Positions 1 to 9,530 are shown, counted from the first letter of the stretch. The stretch: DNA of 64,000 nucleotides from Sodaliphilus sp. (GCA_963640305.1 CAVHYX010000014.1:6906-70905), one strand, 5' to 3'. Numbers and translations are program-made. Notes: generated from the sequence alone by a model not told the origin.

Positions 1-46
1 CCAAAAGCACAACATTTCTAATTCTGTTGGATACATAATTTTTCAT
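1..46 (-). CDS. 5' end of an unidentified CDS that runs off the left edge (MKNYVSNRIRNVVLL...)
   Basis: ATG at 46-44 with GGAGGG 8 nt upstream. Only 15 codons are visible. Confidence 0.3.
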   Translation of the reverse strand, partial: MKNYVSNRIRNVVLL

Positions 47-149
47 AGCATCTTCCCTCCCAATAGGTTTATTTTTGCGTCAAAAAAGCCTTGACGATGT
101 ATACAGCACACAAAATATGTACAATCTATACATTTATTTTCATTCGACC

Positions 150-178
150 ATTATTTGAAATTCCCTTTATTTTTTCAA
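150..178 (-). promoter_or_regulatory. Candidate sigma-A promoter for the left-edge gene
   Basis: Minus strand reads TTGAAA-17 nt-AATAAT in an AT-rich stretch, about 100 nt upstream of the ATG at 46. Confidence 0.35.
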
Positions 179-240
179 AAAATTTTTTATATTGATAATT
201 TTGCTGAATAAAGTCAAAATTCCACCGCATCTTTTTGTGC

Positions 241-284
241 AAAAAGAAGGCCACACCCCCGTATCCGCCGAGGACATGGCCTTC
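241..284 (-). terminator. Intrinsic terminator after the amidase gene
   Basis: 8-bp stem GAAGGCCA/TGGCCTTC (246-253 and 277-284), followed on the minus strand by TTTTT. Confidence 0.6.
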
Positions 285-311
285 TTCTTCTCCGCAAAAG
301 CCCCTTTTTCT

Positions 312-845
312 TTATCGCAAGCCGAAATAAGCTGCAACCGCATTGCTCAACGCCTCTGCGATTTCATCAATATTCTCCCGAATCCACATAGCATCCTCCG
401 GATTATCGTGATATGCCACCTCCACCAGAGCCGAGGGCGCATCCGTGCGGCGCAGCTCCCGCAGCGTCGTTGTCGGCAAAACCTGCACCTTCTCCGCATC
501 GGGATAAATTTCCCGCAACTCGTCTGCAATCAGCTCCGCCATCTGCTTTCCGTAGGGGCTTGTCGCATAATAGTAAATCACAGGTCCCTGTCTTGTACCG
601 GCAATGGAGGTAGGCGAGGCGTTGGAATGAATCGCAAGGTGAAAGTCCACATCGCTGTGATTGGAATCGGCAATCGCCTCTCCCAGCGTCATAGCGGGGT
701 CGTTTCGCACATATTCAATCCCGTCCGCATTCAGATACGACTCCATGGCGTCCGCAATCAGATTCATAACCTCCTCCTCCGAGCCGCCGCCGTAAAAGGG
801 ATTGTATTCCTGCAAAGAGGGACTGAGATAAATTCTTGGCATCAT
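312..845 (-). CDS. N-acetylmuramoyl-L-alanine amidase (Amidase_3 family)
   Basis: Motifs AIHSNAS and VEVAYHDNPEDA. I chose the start MMPRIYL at 845 because AAGGAGA lies 6 nt upstream; the ORF-track start at 911 has no RBS. Confidence 0.8.
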   Translation of the reverse strand: MMPRIYLSPSLQEYNPFYGGGSEEEVMNLIADAMESYLNADGIEYVRNDPAMTLGEAIADSNHSDVDFHLAIHSNASPTSIAGTRQGPVIYYYATSPYGKQMAELIADELREIYPDAEKVQVLPTTTLRELRRTDAPSALVEVAYHDNPEDAMWIRENIDEIAEALSNAVAAYFGLR

Positions 846-919
846 ATTTCTCTCCTTTTTTCCCTCAATATATGAAAACAGACCGAAAAAGTTTCCTTTC
901 CGGTCTGTCAAGAGCCTGC

Positions 920-2020
920 TTATTTCAGCAGGCTTTTTTTGTACATATTGTAAATATCCTTTCGCTCCAAGGGATACGGGAAGGTCAAAAGCTTGCCCCT
1001 CTGCTCCAGAAAACGGTCGGTATAGCTGCTGACATCCGCCTCCGTGTAGCTTGCCTTATGCTCTAGAACTGCGTCCAAAAATGCACCAAGCTCCGCCGTA
1101 CTCGCCAATCCCAGTGCCTCCAGAACCTGTGCCACGTTTTCGTCCCCCGCAGGAAAAAGCTCCAGATACGCCTGTGTCAGCACGCCGTTTGCCATGCCGT
1201 GCGGCACACCCTTTTCATAGGTCAGGAAATATCCCATGCCGTGCGGCAGAGAGGTCATGGTCTGTGCAATCGCCACGCCTCCTATAGCAGACATCAGCAT
1301 CAGCTTATCTCTCGTTTCTGGCGTATATACTTTCCCCCGCAACGCCGGCATACATTCGCGGAAAAGCAAAAGACCCTGCCTTGCGATCTCCCTGCTGAGC
1401 GTAGTTGCTTTTGCGGAAAGATAGCTTTCCACCAAATGCGTCAGCGCATCCACGGCGGTGTTATTGGTGATGCCGGCCGGCAGCGTATCCATGTATTTCG
1501 GATCCAGAAATGCCACCGTTGCAAAGATATGTGCCGCAATGCTGGATTTTGTTCTTTTTTCGTGCAGAGTCACAATGGCGTATTGTGTCACCTCGGAGCC
1601 GGTACCCGCAGTCGTCGGCACAGCAACCACCGGCAGCGCCTTATTTTCCTTCTTCCAGAGTGCGTCCGTCCCCTGCTCGGGGTGTGCCGCCATGGTCGCA
1701 ATCGCCTTAGAGGAATCCATCGGAGAGCCGCCGCCGATACCGATGAAGAATTCTACGCCCTCCGCAATCGCAAGCTTCGCCGCGCGCACAACCGTCTCAA
1801 CAGAGGGGTTTTCCTCAATCTCATCAAATAAAATCCACGCAATGCCCAAGCTGTCCAAGGCATCAGTCAAGTCCTTCTGCGCACCGTTTTTCTTCGCAGA
1901 GGTCTTCCCCGTCACAAGCATCGCTTTTTTCCCCAACCTTGCCATGGCAGACTTATGCTCCGCAACACAGCCCCTGCCAAAATAGCAGTCCGTCGGCATA
2001 AAATAATGAAAATTTCCCAT
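920..2020 (-). CDS. Iron-containing (group III) alcohol dehydrogenase
   Basis: Fe-ADH motifs GIGGGSPMDSSKA and conserved His residues (HLVESY, PHGM). Start taken at MGNFHYF (2020), which removes the overlap with the upstream small ORF. Confidence 0.85.
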   Translation of the reverse strand: MGNFHYFMPTDCYFGRGCVAEHKSAMARLGKKAMLVTGKTSAKKNGAQKDLTDALDSLGIAWILFDEIEENPSVETVVRAAKLAIAEGVEFFIGIGGGSPMDSSKAIATMAAHPEQGTDALWKKENKALPVVAVPTTAGTGSEVTQYAIVTLHEKRTKSSIAAHIFATVAFLDPKYMDTLPAGITNNTAVDALTHLVESYLSAKATTLSREIARQGLLLFRECMPALRGKVYTPETRDKLMLMSAIGGVAIAQTMTSLPHGMGYFLTYEKGVPHGMANGVLTQAYLELFPAGDENVAQVLEALGLASTAELGAFLDAVLEHKASYTEADVSSYTDRFLEQRGKLLTFPYPLERKDIYNMYKKSLLK

Positions 2021-2049
2021 TCCTTCCACGTCCTCTCTCTTTTTTTGTA

Positions 2050-2298
2050 TTAGCAAAGGAAATCGTACCATTCCCAATCCGTTGCCATAATTTCCTCCAG
2101 CGTCTCTGCCGGCGTCATCAGTTCAAATTCAATTTCAAAATCGTGATAACGCTCGCCCTCAATCGTTGCCACACCCGTCATGATATAATGCTTGCCCTCC
2201 CCTGTCACAAATGCGCCCTCCATCAAGAGGTCGTCTTCCTCCAGATAGATTTTGTTCAGCTCTCCGGCAATCTGCTCCTCCGTGAATGTCAGCGTCAT
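2050..2298 (-). CDS. Hypothetical small acidic protein (82 aa)
   Basis: ORF preceded by GAGGGAGGA. First gene behind the promoter at 2399-2427. I recognise no family. Confidence 0.5.
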   Translation of the reverse strand: MTLTFTEEQIAGELNKIYLEEDDLLMEGAFVTGEGKHYIMTGVATIEGERYHDFEIEFELMTPAETLEEIMATDWEWYDFLC

Positions 2299-2340
2299 AT
2301 TCTCATCCTCCCTCGCTCGTTTTTTCTCTATGGCATCACG

Positions 2341-2364
2341 CCCCGTAAAGCCTTAAGACCGTAG
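2341..2364 (-). repeat. Copy A of a shared 24-nt motif (CCCCGTAAAGCCTTAAGACCGTAG on the plus strand)
   Basis: About 21/24 identical to 26718-26742. Contains the direct repeat CCGTA-N11-CCGTA around a CTTAAG core. Lies in the 5' leader of the 82-aa ORF. Confidence 0.5.
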
Positions 2365-2398
2365 GGCTCTGCCCAAGGTTTGCGCTCCGTCTGTGGTC

Positions 2399-2427
2399 AT
2401 TCTATCATGTCTTTTTCCCTCGGGCAA
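2399..2427 (-). promoter_or_regulatory. Sigma-A promoter of the small ORF / ADH / amidase operon
   Basis: Minus strand reads TTGCCC-17 nt-TAGAAT with a TGn extended -10. Confidence 0.6.
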
Positions 2428-2571
2428 GTGTCAGCAGGAAGTTTCCCTTTTCTTTCGCTCGTTTTCGTGTTAAGATATTGCTGTAAAATCTTCCGGTTGC
2501 AAAATTGTCTCTTCGGATTGCAACCCGACAAGGATTTTTTCCCTTAAAAAAACAAAAAGGAGTTCTTTTTT

Positions 2572-3345
2572 ATGTATTATATCGTTTTGGATTTGGAATT
2601 TAATCAGGCTTTCCCCTTCAAATCCGAAAAAAAAGTAGAATCAAACCCCGAATGCCCCTTTGAAATCATCCAAATCGGGGCAGTCAAGCTGAATGAACAA
2701 ATGGAGCAGCTGGATACCTTCAATGTCCTCATCTCTCCGCAAATCTACCCCCGTCTGCATCCCTTTGTGGAAAAAATCACAGAAATCCATCCGCAAATGC
2801 TCGCGGGCAAGCCCCATTTCCCCGAGGCGTATCAGGCATTTCTGTCCTTCATCGGTGCGGAGCCTTCCATCCTCTGCACTTGGGGCGGAGAGGACATCCG
2901 CTCCCTCTATCGCAATATCCTCTTTCATAATCTGGATGTCAATGCCGTAACAAATCAATTCCTAGATGTACAAGCCATCGCGGCGGCACATCTGCACCAT
3001 GAGCCGGGTAAGGCAATCGGTCTGAAAAATGCCGTAGAAGCTCTGGGTCTGCCGCAGGAGGAGGCGTTCCATAACGCCCTAAACGACGCAGTCTATACGG
3101 CAAAAATCTTCTCCCGCATCCGTCCCGAAAAAATACAGCCCGATACCTTCCGTCCTCTCGCCATGCTCTCCCCGAAGAGCAAGCAACTGCGGACAAATTT
3201 TAAGTCTCTCTTCCACCATATTGAGAAACGCCTCTCCCGCCCACTTTCCGAGGAGGAAAAGAATCTGGCGAAGCTTGCCTATACGCTGGGCAGAAATCAT
3301 AGCTTCGATGCTCTCCCCGCCCCGCGCAAAAAAAATCCAAAATAA
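2572..3345 (+). CDS. DEDDh-type 3'-5' exonuclease (KapD/ERI-1-like)
   Basis: N-terminal YYIVLDLEF and C-terminal HNALNDAVYTA exonuclease motifs. AAGGAG RBS. Confidence 0.8.
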   Translation: MYYIVLDLEFNQAFPFKSEKKVESNPECPFEIIQIGAVKLNEQMEQLDTFNVLISPQIYPRLHPFVEKITEIHPQMLAGKPHFPEAYQAFLSFIGAEPSILCTWGGEDIRSLYRNILFHNLDVNAVTNQFLDVQAIAAAHLHHEPGKAIGLKNAVEALGLPQEEAFHNALNDAVYTAKIFSRIRPEKIQPDTFRPLAMLSPKSKQLRTNFKSLFHHIEKRLSRPLSEEEKNLAKLAYTLGRNHSFDALPAPRKKNPK

Positions 3346-3348
3346 CGC

Positions 3349-3390
3349 AAAAAAGCGGAAATTTTCCGCTTTTTCTTTTTTTTGTTTTTT
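3349..3390. terminator. Bidirectional intrinsic terminator between the convergent exonuclease and apbE genes
   Basis: Hairpin GCGGA/TCCGC (3355-3369), flanked by an A-run on the left and a long T-run on the right. Confidence 0.7.
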
Positions 3391-3392
3391 TC

Positions 3393-4460
3393 TTATCTTT
3401 CCGCCACGCGATAGCTGAAATCATTGTCCTGCCCCTCAAAGCTGAATGTGTCCTTCAGCCCCTCTGTTGCCACCACATCTCCATCCTCAGTTACAAAAAT
3501 AACCTCAAAGTCATCCTGTGTCCGCCAAAAATCCAGCGCCGCATCCAAGCCCATGACATACAAGGCAGTCGAAAGCGCGTCTGCCCTCGTGCCGTTCTCG
3601 CAAACAATCGTGACCGAAAGCAAGCCGCTCTCCGCCGGCTTCCCCGTCTCCGGATCAATGATATGATGGTATCGCTTTCCGTTTTCCTCAAAATATCGCT
3701 GATAGCCGCCGGAGGTCACCACGCAGGCATCGCTTACCTCAACCAGACCGACATAATCGTTCTCATCCAACGGATTCTGCACGGCAATCCTCCATGCGCT
3801 CCCGTCCGGCTTCGTACCAATGGTGCAGATATTCCCGCCCAGCGAAAGCCACGCCGACTGCACGCCCTTCTTCCGCAAAAGCTCCGAAAGCTGATCCGAG
3901 GCATATCCCTTCGCAATGCCGCCAAAGTCCACTGCCATGCCCTCTTTTTCCAGAGAAACGGAGGATTTTTCCGTATCCACCGTAATATCCTCCGGATGCA
4001 GCAACGGCAGCAGACTGTTAATCTCCGCCTGTGTCGGTACGTGCTGTTCCTCTTCCGTAAAGCCCCATGCCTTTACAATCGGCGAAATCGCAATGTCAAA
4101 GGCGTCTCCGGTTGCCTCTCCCAGTTCCTTCCCCGCCAAGAGCACAGCAAGCGTGTCCGCCGAAACGGATACTGCCTTTTTCCCCGCATTTTCATTGATT
4201 TTCCAAACATCACTGTCCTCTATTGTCACAGAAAACAGATTTTCCAGCCGTTTTATCTCCTGCTCCGCATCCAAGAGAAGCTCCTCTCCGTCCTCATCCA
4301 CAATATGAAAGGTCATCACCGTATCCATCGCAAAGGTCGTAGATTCATACGCATTCTCGTTGTTTTGCAACATTTGCCTGGCATATTCCCGTTGCTCCGC
4401 GCAGCCGCAAAAAAACAGGCAGCAGGAAAGCCCCGACAGTATCAGCTTTTTCAGATTCAT
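3393..4460 (-). CDS. apbE: FAD:protein FMN transferase ApbE (lipoprotein)
   Basis: Lipobox signal MNLKKLILSGLSCCLFFCGC. ApbE-like body (AMDT..., GGIAKGY, HHIIDP). Confidence 0.9.
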   Translation of the reverse strand: MNLKKLILSGLSCCLFFCGCAEQREYARQMLQNNENAYESTTFAMDTVMTFHIVDEDGEELLLDAEQEIKRLENLFSVTIEDSDVWKINENAGKKAVSVSADTLAVLLAGKELGEATGDAFDIAISPIVKAWGFTEEEQHVPTQAEINSLLPLLHPEDITVDTEKSSVSLEKEGMAVDFGGIAKGYASDQLSELLRKKGVQSAWLSLGGNICTIGTKPDGSAWRIAVQNPLDENDYVGLVEVSDACVVTSGGYQRYFEENGKRYHHIIDPETGKPAESGLLSVTIVCENGTRADALSTALYVMGLDAALDFWRTQDDFEVIFVTEDGDVVATEGLKDTFSFEGQDNDFSYRVAER

Positions 4461-4493
4461 CCCTCAATCTCCTTTGATTTATATTCTCCCTTG

Positions 4494-4522
4494 ATTTTAC
4501 CCTCTGCCCTCCGCTTTGTCAA
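4494..4522 (-). promoter_or_regulatory. Sigma-A promoter of apbE
   Basis: Minus strand reads TTGACA-17 nt-TAAAAT. Confidence 0.7.
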
Positions 4523-4539
4523 ACGCACCTTTCTTCCAC

Positions 4540-4585
4540 AAAAAAAGCTCCCGTCTCCAAGGGATACCCCAAAAAGACGAGAGCT
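4540..4585 (-). terminator. Intrinsic terminator ending the dehydratase/CoA-transferase operon
   Basis: 11-bp stem AGCTCTCGTCT/AGACGGGAGCT (one G-U pair), followed by TTTTTTT on the minus strand. Confidence 0.8.
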
Positions 4586-4627
4586 ATTTTTATCAAGCAA
4601 AATAAAGTTGTCCCTTTCGGGAAAAAA

Positions 4628-6211
4628 TCACTTGCCTTCCTTCATTTCCTTCAGACCCATCAAGCCGTCAGCAAACAGCTTTGCATCCATCAGAGCAATA
4701 TTGCCGTTTGCATCCTTATCAATAATAGGCGTAAACTCCATCTGATCCAAAATCTGTGTCTGCAAATCAATGCCGGGCGCGATTTCTGTCAGGTGCAAGC
4801 CGTCCTCCTTCAGAACAAATACACATCTCTCCGTGATGTACATAACGTGCTGACCGTTCTTGTTTGCGATGTCGCCGTTGAATGTAACCTGTTCTACGGA
4901 TTTTACGAACTTCTTGTTCTTACCTTCCTGTGCGATAACAACCTTGCCATCCACAACGTTTACCTTTAAGCCGCCTGCTGTAAATGTACCGCAGAAGAAT
5001 ACCTTGGGTGTGCACTGTGTGATGTTGATGAAGCCGCCGCAGCCTGCGATTCTGGGACCAAATCTGGAAACGTTGATGGAGCCGTGAGGGTCGCATTCTG
5101 CCAGACCCAGATAGCACAGATCCAATCCGCCGCCATCGTAGAAGTCAAACTGATAGCCCTGATCCAAGAGTGCGTCTGCGTTGTAAGCAGAGCCAAAACG
5201 AATACCGCCTGCGGGTACGCCGCCAACAGCGCCGCCCTCAACGGTCAGTGTCATAAAGTCGCCGATGCCCTCCTCGTTTGCAACGGATGCAACATACTCG
5301 GGAGCGCCAACGCCAAGGTTAACCGCAACGTCCTTCTCCAACTCCAAAGCGCCACGACGACCGATGATCTTCTTTGCGCTCAGAGGCAGGGGCTCGGGAG
5401 CAACATCGGGATTTCTCATCTCGCCGGACAGAGCGGGATCGTAATCGCAATCCAATGTCTGCTGATGATCCTTAGGATCAGCAACAACAACATAGTCAAC
5501 ATAAATGCCGGGAACCTTAACCAGACGAGGATCCAGTGTGCCCGCCTTTACAACCTTCTCTACCTGCACGATAACGATACCGCCGCTGTTTTTAACAGCC
5601 TGGCATACGGATGTGCCCTCCAGAGGGGAAACCTCCTTTTCAAAGGAAATGTTACCTGCTTCATCCGCATATGTACCTCTGATCATTGCAACATTGATCG
5701 GGAAGGAAGGGTAGAACAGATACTCCTGGCCCTTAATGGTTACCAGCTCAATGATGTCCTCTTTGGTTACATCATTTACCTTGCCGCCGCCGTTTCGGGG
5801 GTCGATAAAGGTACCCAGACCAACTCTTGTGAAGCAGCCGGGTCTGTGTGCAGCGATGTCGCGGAACAAGTGACAAAGCGCACCCTGAGATACGTTGTAA
5901 GCTTCCATCTTGTTTTCCAGTGCCATCTTCTGCAAAGCGGGTACGGTTGCCCAGTGACCTGCAATGTATCTCTTCAGCAGACCCTCATGCGCAAAGTGCT
6001 CTGCACCACGACCGTCCTTGTTGCCCTGAGAACCGCAGTAAACATAAGTAATGTTTTTGGGCTCGCCTGTTGCCAAAAATCTTTCCTCAACCGCTCTATC
6101 CAGAGCCTCGGGGATAGCAGATGCTACAAAGCCGCTTGTTGTAACGGTATCGCCGTTCTTAATCAGCGCAGCAGCTTCAGCAGCAGTGATAATTTTTACC
6201 TGTCTAGCCAT
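4628..6211 (-). CDS. pct: Propionate CoA-transferase (family I, single-chain, Pct/YdiF type)
   Basis: 527 aa. Long stretches match my recollection of Anaerotignum (Clostridium) propionicum Pct, e.g. GDTVTTSGFV, EPKNITYVYCGSQGN, HFAHEGLLKRYIAGHWATVPAL, GTFIDPRNGGGKVND. Confidence 0.9.
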   Translation of the reverse strand: MARQVKIITAAEAAALIKNGDTVTTSGFVASAIPEALDRAVEERFLATGEPKNITYVYCGSQGNKDGRGAEHFAHEGLLKRYIAGHWATVPALQKMALENKMEAYNVSQGALCHLFRDIAAHRPGCFTRVGLGTFIDPRNGGGKVNDVTKEDIIELVTIKGQEYLFYPSFPINVAMIRGTYADEAGNISFEKEVSPLEGTSVCQAVKNSGGIVIVQVEKVVKAGTLDPRLVKVPGIYVDYVVVADPKDHQQTLDCDYDPALSGEMRNPDVAPEPLPLSAKKIIGRRGALELEKDVAVNLGVGAPEYVASVANEEGIGDFMTLTVEGGAVGGVPAGGIRFGSAYNADALLDQGYQFDFYDGGGLDLCYLGLAECDPHGSINVSRFGPRIAGCGGFINITQCTPKVFFCGTFTAGGLKVNVVDGKVVIAQEGKNKKFVKSVEQVTFNGDIANKNGQHVMYITERCVFVLKEDGLHLTEIAPGIDLQTQILDQMEFTPIIDKDANGNIALMDAKLFADGLMGLKEMKEGK

Positions 6212-6315
6212 TCTGTTAGACCTCCTATAAACATTTTTTTATCATTACAAGAACAGGGGCAGTTTCCCACCCCTGTTTGTTTCCTCTTCCGTCAAAGCAA
6301 ATGCGGTAGGAAAAA

Positions 6316-7446
6316 TTACAGCATTTCTACGAAGGACTGCAATCTTGTCTTAACCTGCTCGAAGGATGTCAATTCCTGATCTACCTCAAACATCAGGTTC
6401 TTGATGCCTTTTTCTTCAAACTGTCTGTACATTACAGGGTAATCCCACTCCTCGGGGTCACAGAACTTCATCATTGCAACGATGATTGCATCTGCGCCTG
6501 TAGCAGCAACCTTGTTCATCAGCATCTTGCCGCGAACCTTCTTTGTATCGGTTGCAACGGAGCAGCCATACATCTGCTGCCATGCCTTTGCCATTCTGTA
6601 CAGAGGGCCTTCCTCGCCGTCCAGAACGTCAACACGAATCTGTCTGGATTCCTGAGCCAAATCGTCATCAACAATAGCCAGCTTGAATTCGTCGAAAATT
6701 TCCAGAACCTGATTGGGCTCAAGCAGGATACCTGTAACAACAACCTTCTTACCATCCCAAGGCTGAACGGGCATTGCTTTGATTTCCTCAATCAATTCCT
6801 TAACCAGAGCGGTGTGCTTCTCCTTCAGCATGAACTGTCTTGCTTTGAATACAGCGTGACGGTCAACAGCGTTGATTACCTGAGGGTAATCAGCAGCAAC
6901 CTTTACGAATTCACGCATAACTGCTCTGTTTTCGTTATAGATAGCGATGGAGTTCTCCAAAGCTGCGTTTGTAATTTTAACGCCCAAGTAAGCTTCCAGC
7001 TGCTTCTTAACCAATTCATACTCTGTTACCAAGAACTGATTTGCAGCCTCCAGACCTCTGTTCTGAGGGTGTGTGAATACGATTACCTTGTCAGCGTTTG
7101 CGCCTTTCCATTTCTGAGAAAGACATTTCAGTGTATCACAGGGTACGGAGAACAGCACTGCTGCCAAATCGTCATAAGCGCCCTCGCACTGCAATTCCAT
7201 TACCTGCTGCATGATGGAGCAAGCGAATGCGGGCAGATATGTACGAGCCTTGGAAATCTGCTTGCCCTGTGCGCCCCAGATACCCATAGGCAGGTAGCCG
7301 GTTGCGTGTACCATTTCTTCGGGAGCGTAAATAGGCATAATACCTACAGCGCCTTTACCTGTTTCAGCTTTATAATCATCCATTGCTTTCTTGGGATTAG
7401 CTGCAACCTCTTTCAGTTGGGATAAGATAGCTTCTACTTTACTCAT
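6316..7446 (-). CDS. 2-hydroxyacyl-CoA dehydratase, beta subunit (HgdB/HadC/LcdB family, Lcd-like by context)
   Basis: 376 aa. The N-terminus AVGIMPIYAPEEMVHATG is typical of the family. Adjacent to the alpha subunit and the activator. Confidence 0.85.
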   Translation of the reverse strand: MSKVEAILSQLKEVAANPKKAMDDYKAETGKGAVGIMPIYAPEEMVHATGYLPMGIWGAQGKQISKARTYLPAFACSIMQQVMELQCEGAYDDLAAVLFSVPCDTLKCLSQKWKGANADKVIVFTHPQNRGLEAANQFLVTEYELVKKQLEAYLGVKITNAALENSIAIYNENRAVMREFVKVAADYPQVINAVDRHAVFKARQFMLKEKHTALVKELIEEIKAMPVQPWDGKKVVVTGILLEPNQVLEIFDEFKLAIVDDDLAQESRQIRVDVLDGEEGPLYRMAKAWQQMYGCSVATDTKKVRGKMLMNKVAATGADAIIVAMMKFCDPEEWDYPVMYRQFEEKGIKNLMFEVDQELTSFEQVKTRLQSFVEML

Positions 7447-7466
7447 CGTTTTCTCCTCCTCCTATT

Positions 7467-8732
7467 TTACGCTTCTGCCAGGTTAGCTTCCATCATTTCA
7501 ACCAGAGCCTGTACACGTGTTTCATACTGTGCTTCGGAGTATACGTTAGGGTCTGTCTGGTCGCCGTCGAAGGAAACGTAAGGCTTACCGTTTACTTCTT
7601 TGATGATTTCAGCTGTTTCAACGTTCAGGAAGCTCATCAGCTTACAAGATCTGTTCAGGTGGTAGATCGTACCATCGATCTGACCCTTTTCCATGATGCC
7701 CAACAGAACCTGTACCTTGTTGGACAGGCAGGTGTTGATGTAGATTCTTGTATAAGCTTCTGCCATGGAGTGCAGAGATTCATCGTTTGCATCATAGTGC
7801 AAATCCCACAGTGCGGGGTAAGCGGTACCTGTCATGATGGAGCCCAGGTTCTTCATTGTCTTGAAGGTGTGACCCAGGTGAGGCCATACAGCGATACCTT
7901 CCCACTGGAAACGAGTCTTTTCTGCGCCCTTGAATGCGTATACGCCTGCCTTCAGATTTGCTTCCAGCTCGTCTGCAAATGCCTTGAATGTAATCTCAGC
8001 ATAATCCAAGGAACGGCAAGCAACAATCAGTGCCATGTAGTTGAACAGGTCGAAGCCGTTCAAAGGAGAGGGCTTGTACTGTGCCATGTCAGCGATTCTG
8101 TTCCAGTGATATACGGAACGCTGTGTCTGATCCTTAACCTCTTTGAACTTCTTCCAGTCGAAGGGTCTGCCGCAGATTACCTCCAACTGAGAAATTGCGT
8201 TTCTGAACTGATCTGCAATATATGCCTTTGCATATTCAGGGATAGGCATTGTATGGTTGAAGGGTACATCGATAACGATGCAGGGAATATCCAGCTCAAC
8301 TGCCAGATTCTCATACCATTTCAACAGTGTGTTACAAATGTTGTTACAAGTAATTACCAAATCGGGCAGAGGAACATCCGCTGCGGGAGAGTTAACCAAT
8401 ACATCAGGCTTCTTACCTGTAATGGCTGCTTCCTTCAGACATTCCATGTAACCCATGTTTACTCTACCATAAGAACAGCAGTCGATGTTGTAACCCTTTC
8501 TTGTTGCAACATCCAGCATATCAATAGCACCTTTTCTTGCGCCGATACCTGCTGCGTGTGTCTCGGGGTAAATCATAGCGATACCCATGGTTACGCAGAA
8601 TTCGGAAGGAGCTACGGATGCGGACCAGCAAACAAGGTCGCCTCTTGCTTTTGCTTCTCTTGCATCCTGGTCAGCTTTGTTCTGATAGTAGCCTAACAAT
8701 TTTTTTGCTGTCATGCCTTGTGTTAAACTCAT
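7467..8732 (-). CDS. 2-hydroxyacyl-CoA dehydratase, alpha subunit (HgdA/HadB/LcdA family, Lcd-like by context)
   Basis: 421 aa with a family-typical N-terminal region (VCWSASVAPSEF, IYPETHAA). Confidence 0.85.
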   Translation of the reverse strand: MSLTQGMTAKKLLGYYQNKADQDAREAKARGDLVCWSASVAPSEFCVTMGIAMIYPETHAAGIGARKGAIDMLDVATRKGYNIDCCSYGRVNMGYMECLKEAAITGKKPDVLVNSPAADVPLPDLVITCNNICNTLLKWYENLAVELDIPCIVIDVPFNHTMPIPEYAKAYIADQFRNAISQLEVICGRPFDWKKFKEVKDQTQRSVYHWNRIADMAQYKPSPLNGFDLFNYMALIVACRSLDYAEITFKAFADELEANLKAGVYAFKGAEKTRFQWEGIAVWPHLGHTFKTMKNLGSIMTGTAYPALWDLHYDANDESLHSMAEAYTRIYINTCLSNKVQVLLGIMEKGQIDGTIYHLNRSCKLMSFLNVETAEIIKEVNGKPYVSFDGDQTDPNVYSEAQYETRVQALVEMMEANLAEA

Positions 8733-8747
8733 TCTAATCCCTCTTTC

Positions 8748-9530
8748 TTATGATTTTTTTGTTGCCGCCTCGTATGCAAAAATTGCTGCTCCGAGTGCGC
8801 CTGTTGTTTGTGGATTGGGTGCCACAATTACATCTGTTTTCAATACACTGCTGACCGCTCTTACCACGCCCGCGTTCTTCGCAACGCCGCCTGTGAAGAC
8901 AATGTCCTTCTCCAAGCCTGCTCTGTATGCCAAGCCGCACGCGCGGACCGCAACGGACATATGAACCCCTCTGGCAATGTTCCTGCGATCAGTGCCTTTG
9001 GATAGCTGGGAAATAACCTCCGATTCGGCAAACACGGTGCAAGTGCTGCTGATCGGCGCCGTCTCCGTCGCCTGTTCGTCCAGTGTTGCCATCTCATCCA
9101 AGGTTGTCTCCAAAACTCTGGCCATAACCTCGATGAAACGACCTGTACCTGCCGCACATTTATCATTCATAAAAAACTGCTTGATACCACCCTTGTTGTC
9201 CAGTCGGATTGCTTTCGCATCCTGACCGCCAATGTCCATGATGGTTCGTGCAGTGGGTACCAAATGGTAAATACCTTTGGCATGGCAGCTGATTTCAGAC
9301 ATCTGCTTATCTGCTTCCTCAAAGGAAAATCTGCCATAGCCTGTTGCGACTGTGTAGGAAATATCCTCCGGACGCAACCCGCTCTTCTCAAAAGCCATCT
9401 CCACGGCTTTCTTCGGACCTGTAGAGCCTGTACCGACCTGTACAACCTCTGCGGCAAGAACATCCGTCCCGTCCTTCAGGATCACTGCCTTGGAAGACGC
9501 GGAACCAATGTCAACGCCCATTGTATACAT
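8748..9530 (-). CDS. 2-hydroxyacyl-CoA dehydratase activator ATPase (BcrAD/BadFG, HgdC/LcdC type)
   Basis: MYTMGVDIGSASSK ATPase N-terminus. I chose the start at 9530 because GGAGG lies 8 nt upstream; the ORF-track start at 9575 has no RBS. Confidence 0.85.
   Translation of the reverse strand: MYTMGVDIGSASSKAVILKDGTDVLAAEVVQVGTGSTGPKKAVEMAFEKSGLRPEDISYTVATGYGRFSFEEADKQMSEISCHAKGIYHLVPTARTIMDIGGQDAKAIRLDNKGGIKQFFMNDKCAAGTGRFIEVMARVLETTLDEMATLDEQATETAPISSTCTVFAESEVISQLSKGTDRRNIARGVHMSVAVRACGLAYRAGLEKDIVFTGGVAKNAGVVRAVSSVLKTDVIVAPNPQTTGALGAAIFAYEAATKKS

Noticed and set aside
2299-2398. The leader GCGCAAACC...ACGG...CGGGG resembles parts of the c-di-GMP-I (GEMM) consensus.
   Set aside because: The second hairpin and the ACGCAAAGCC block of GEMM-I are missing, so the similarity is limited to short strings.
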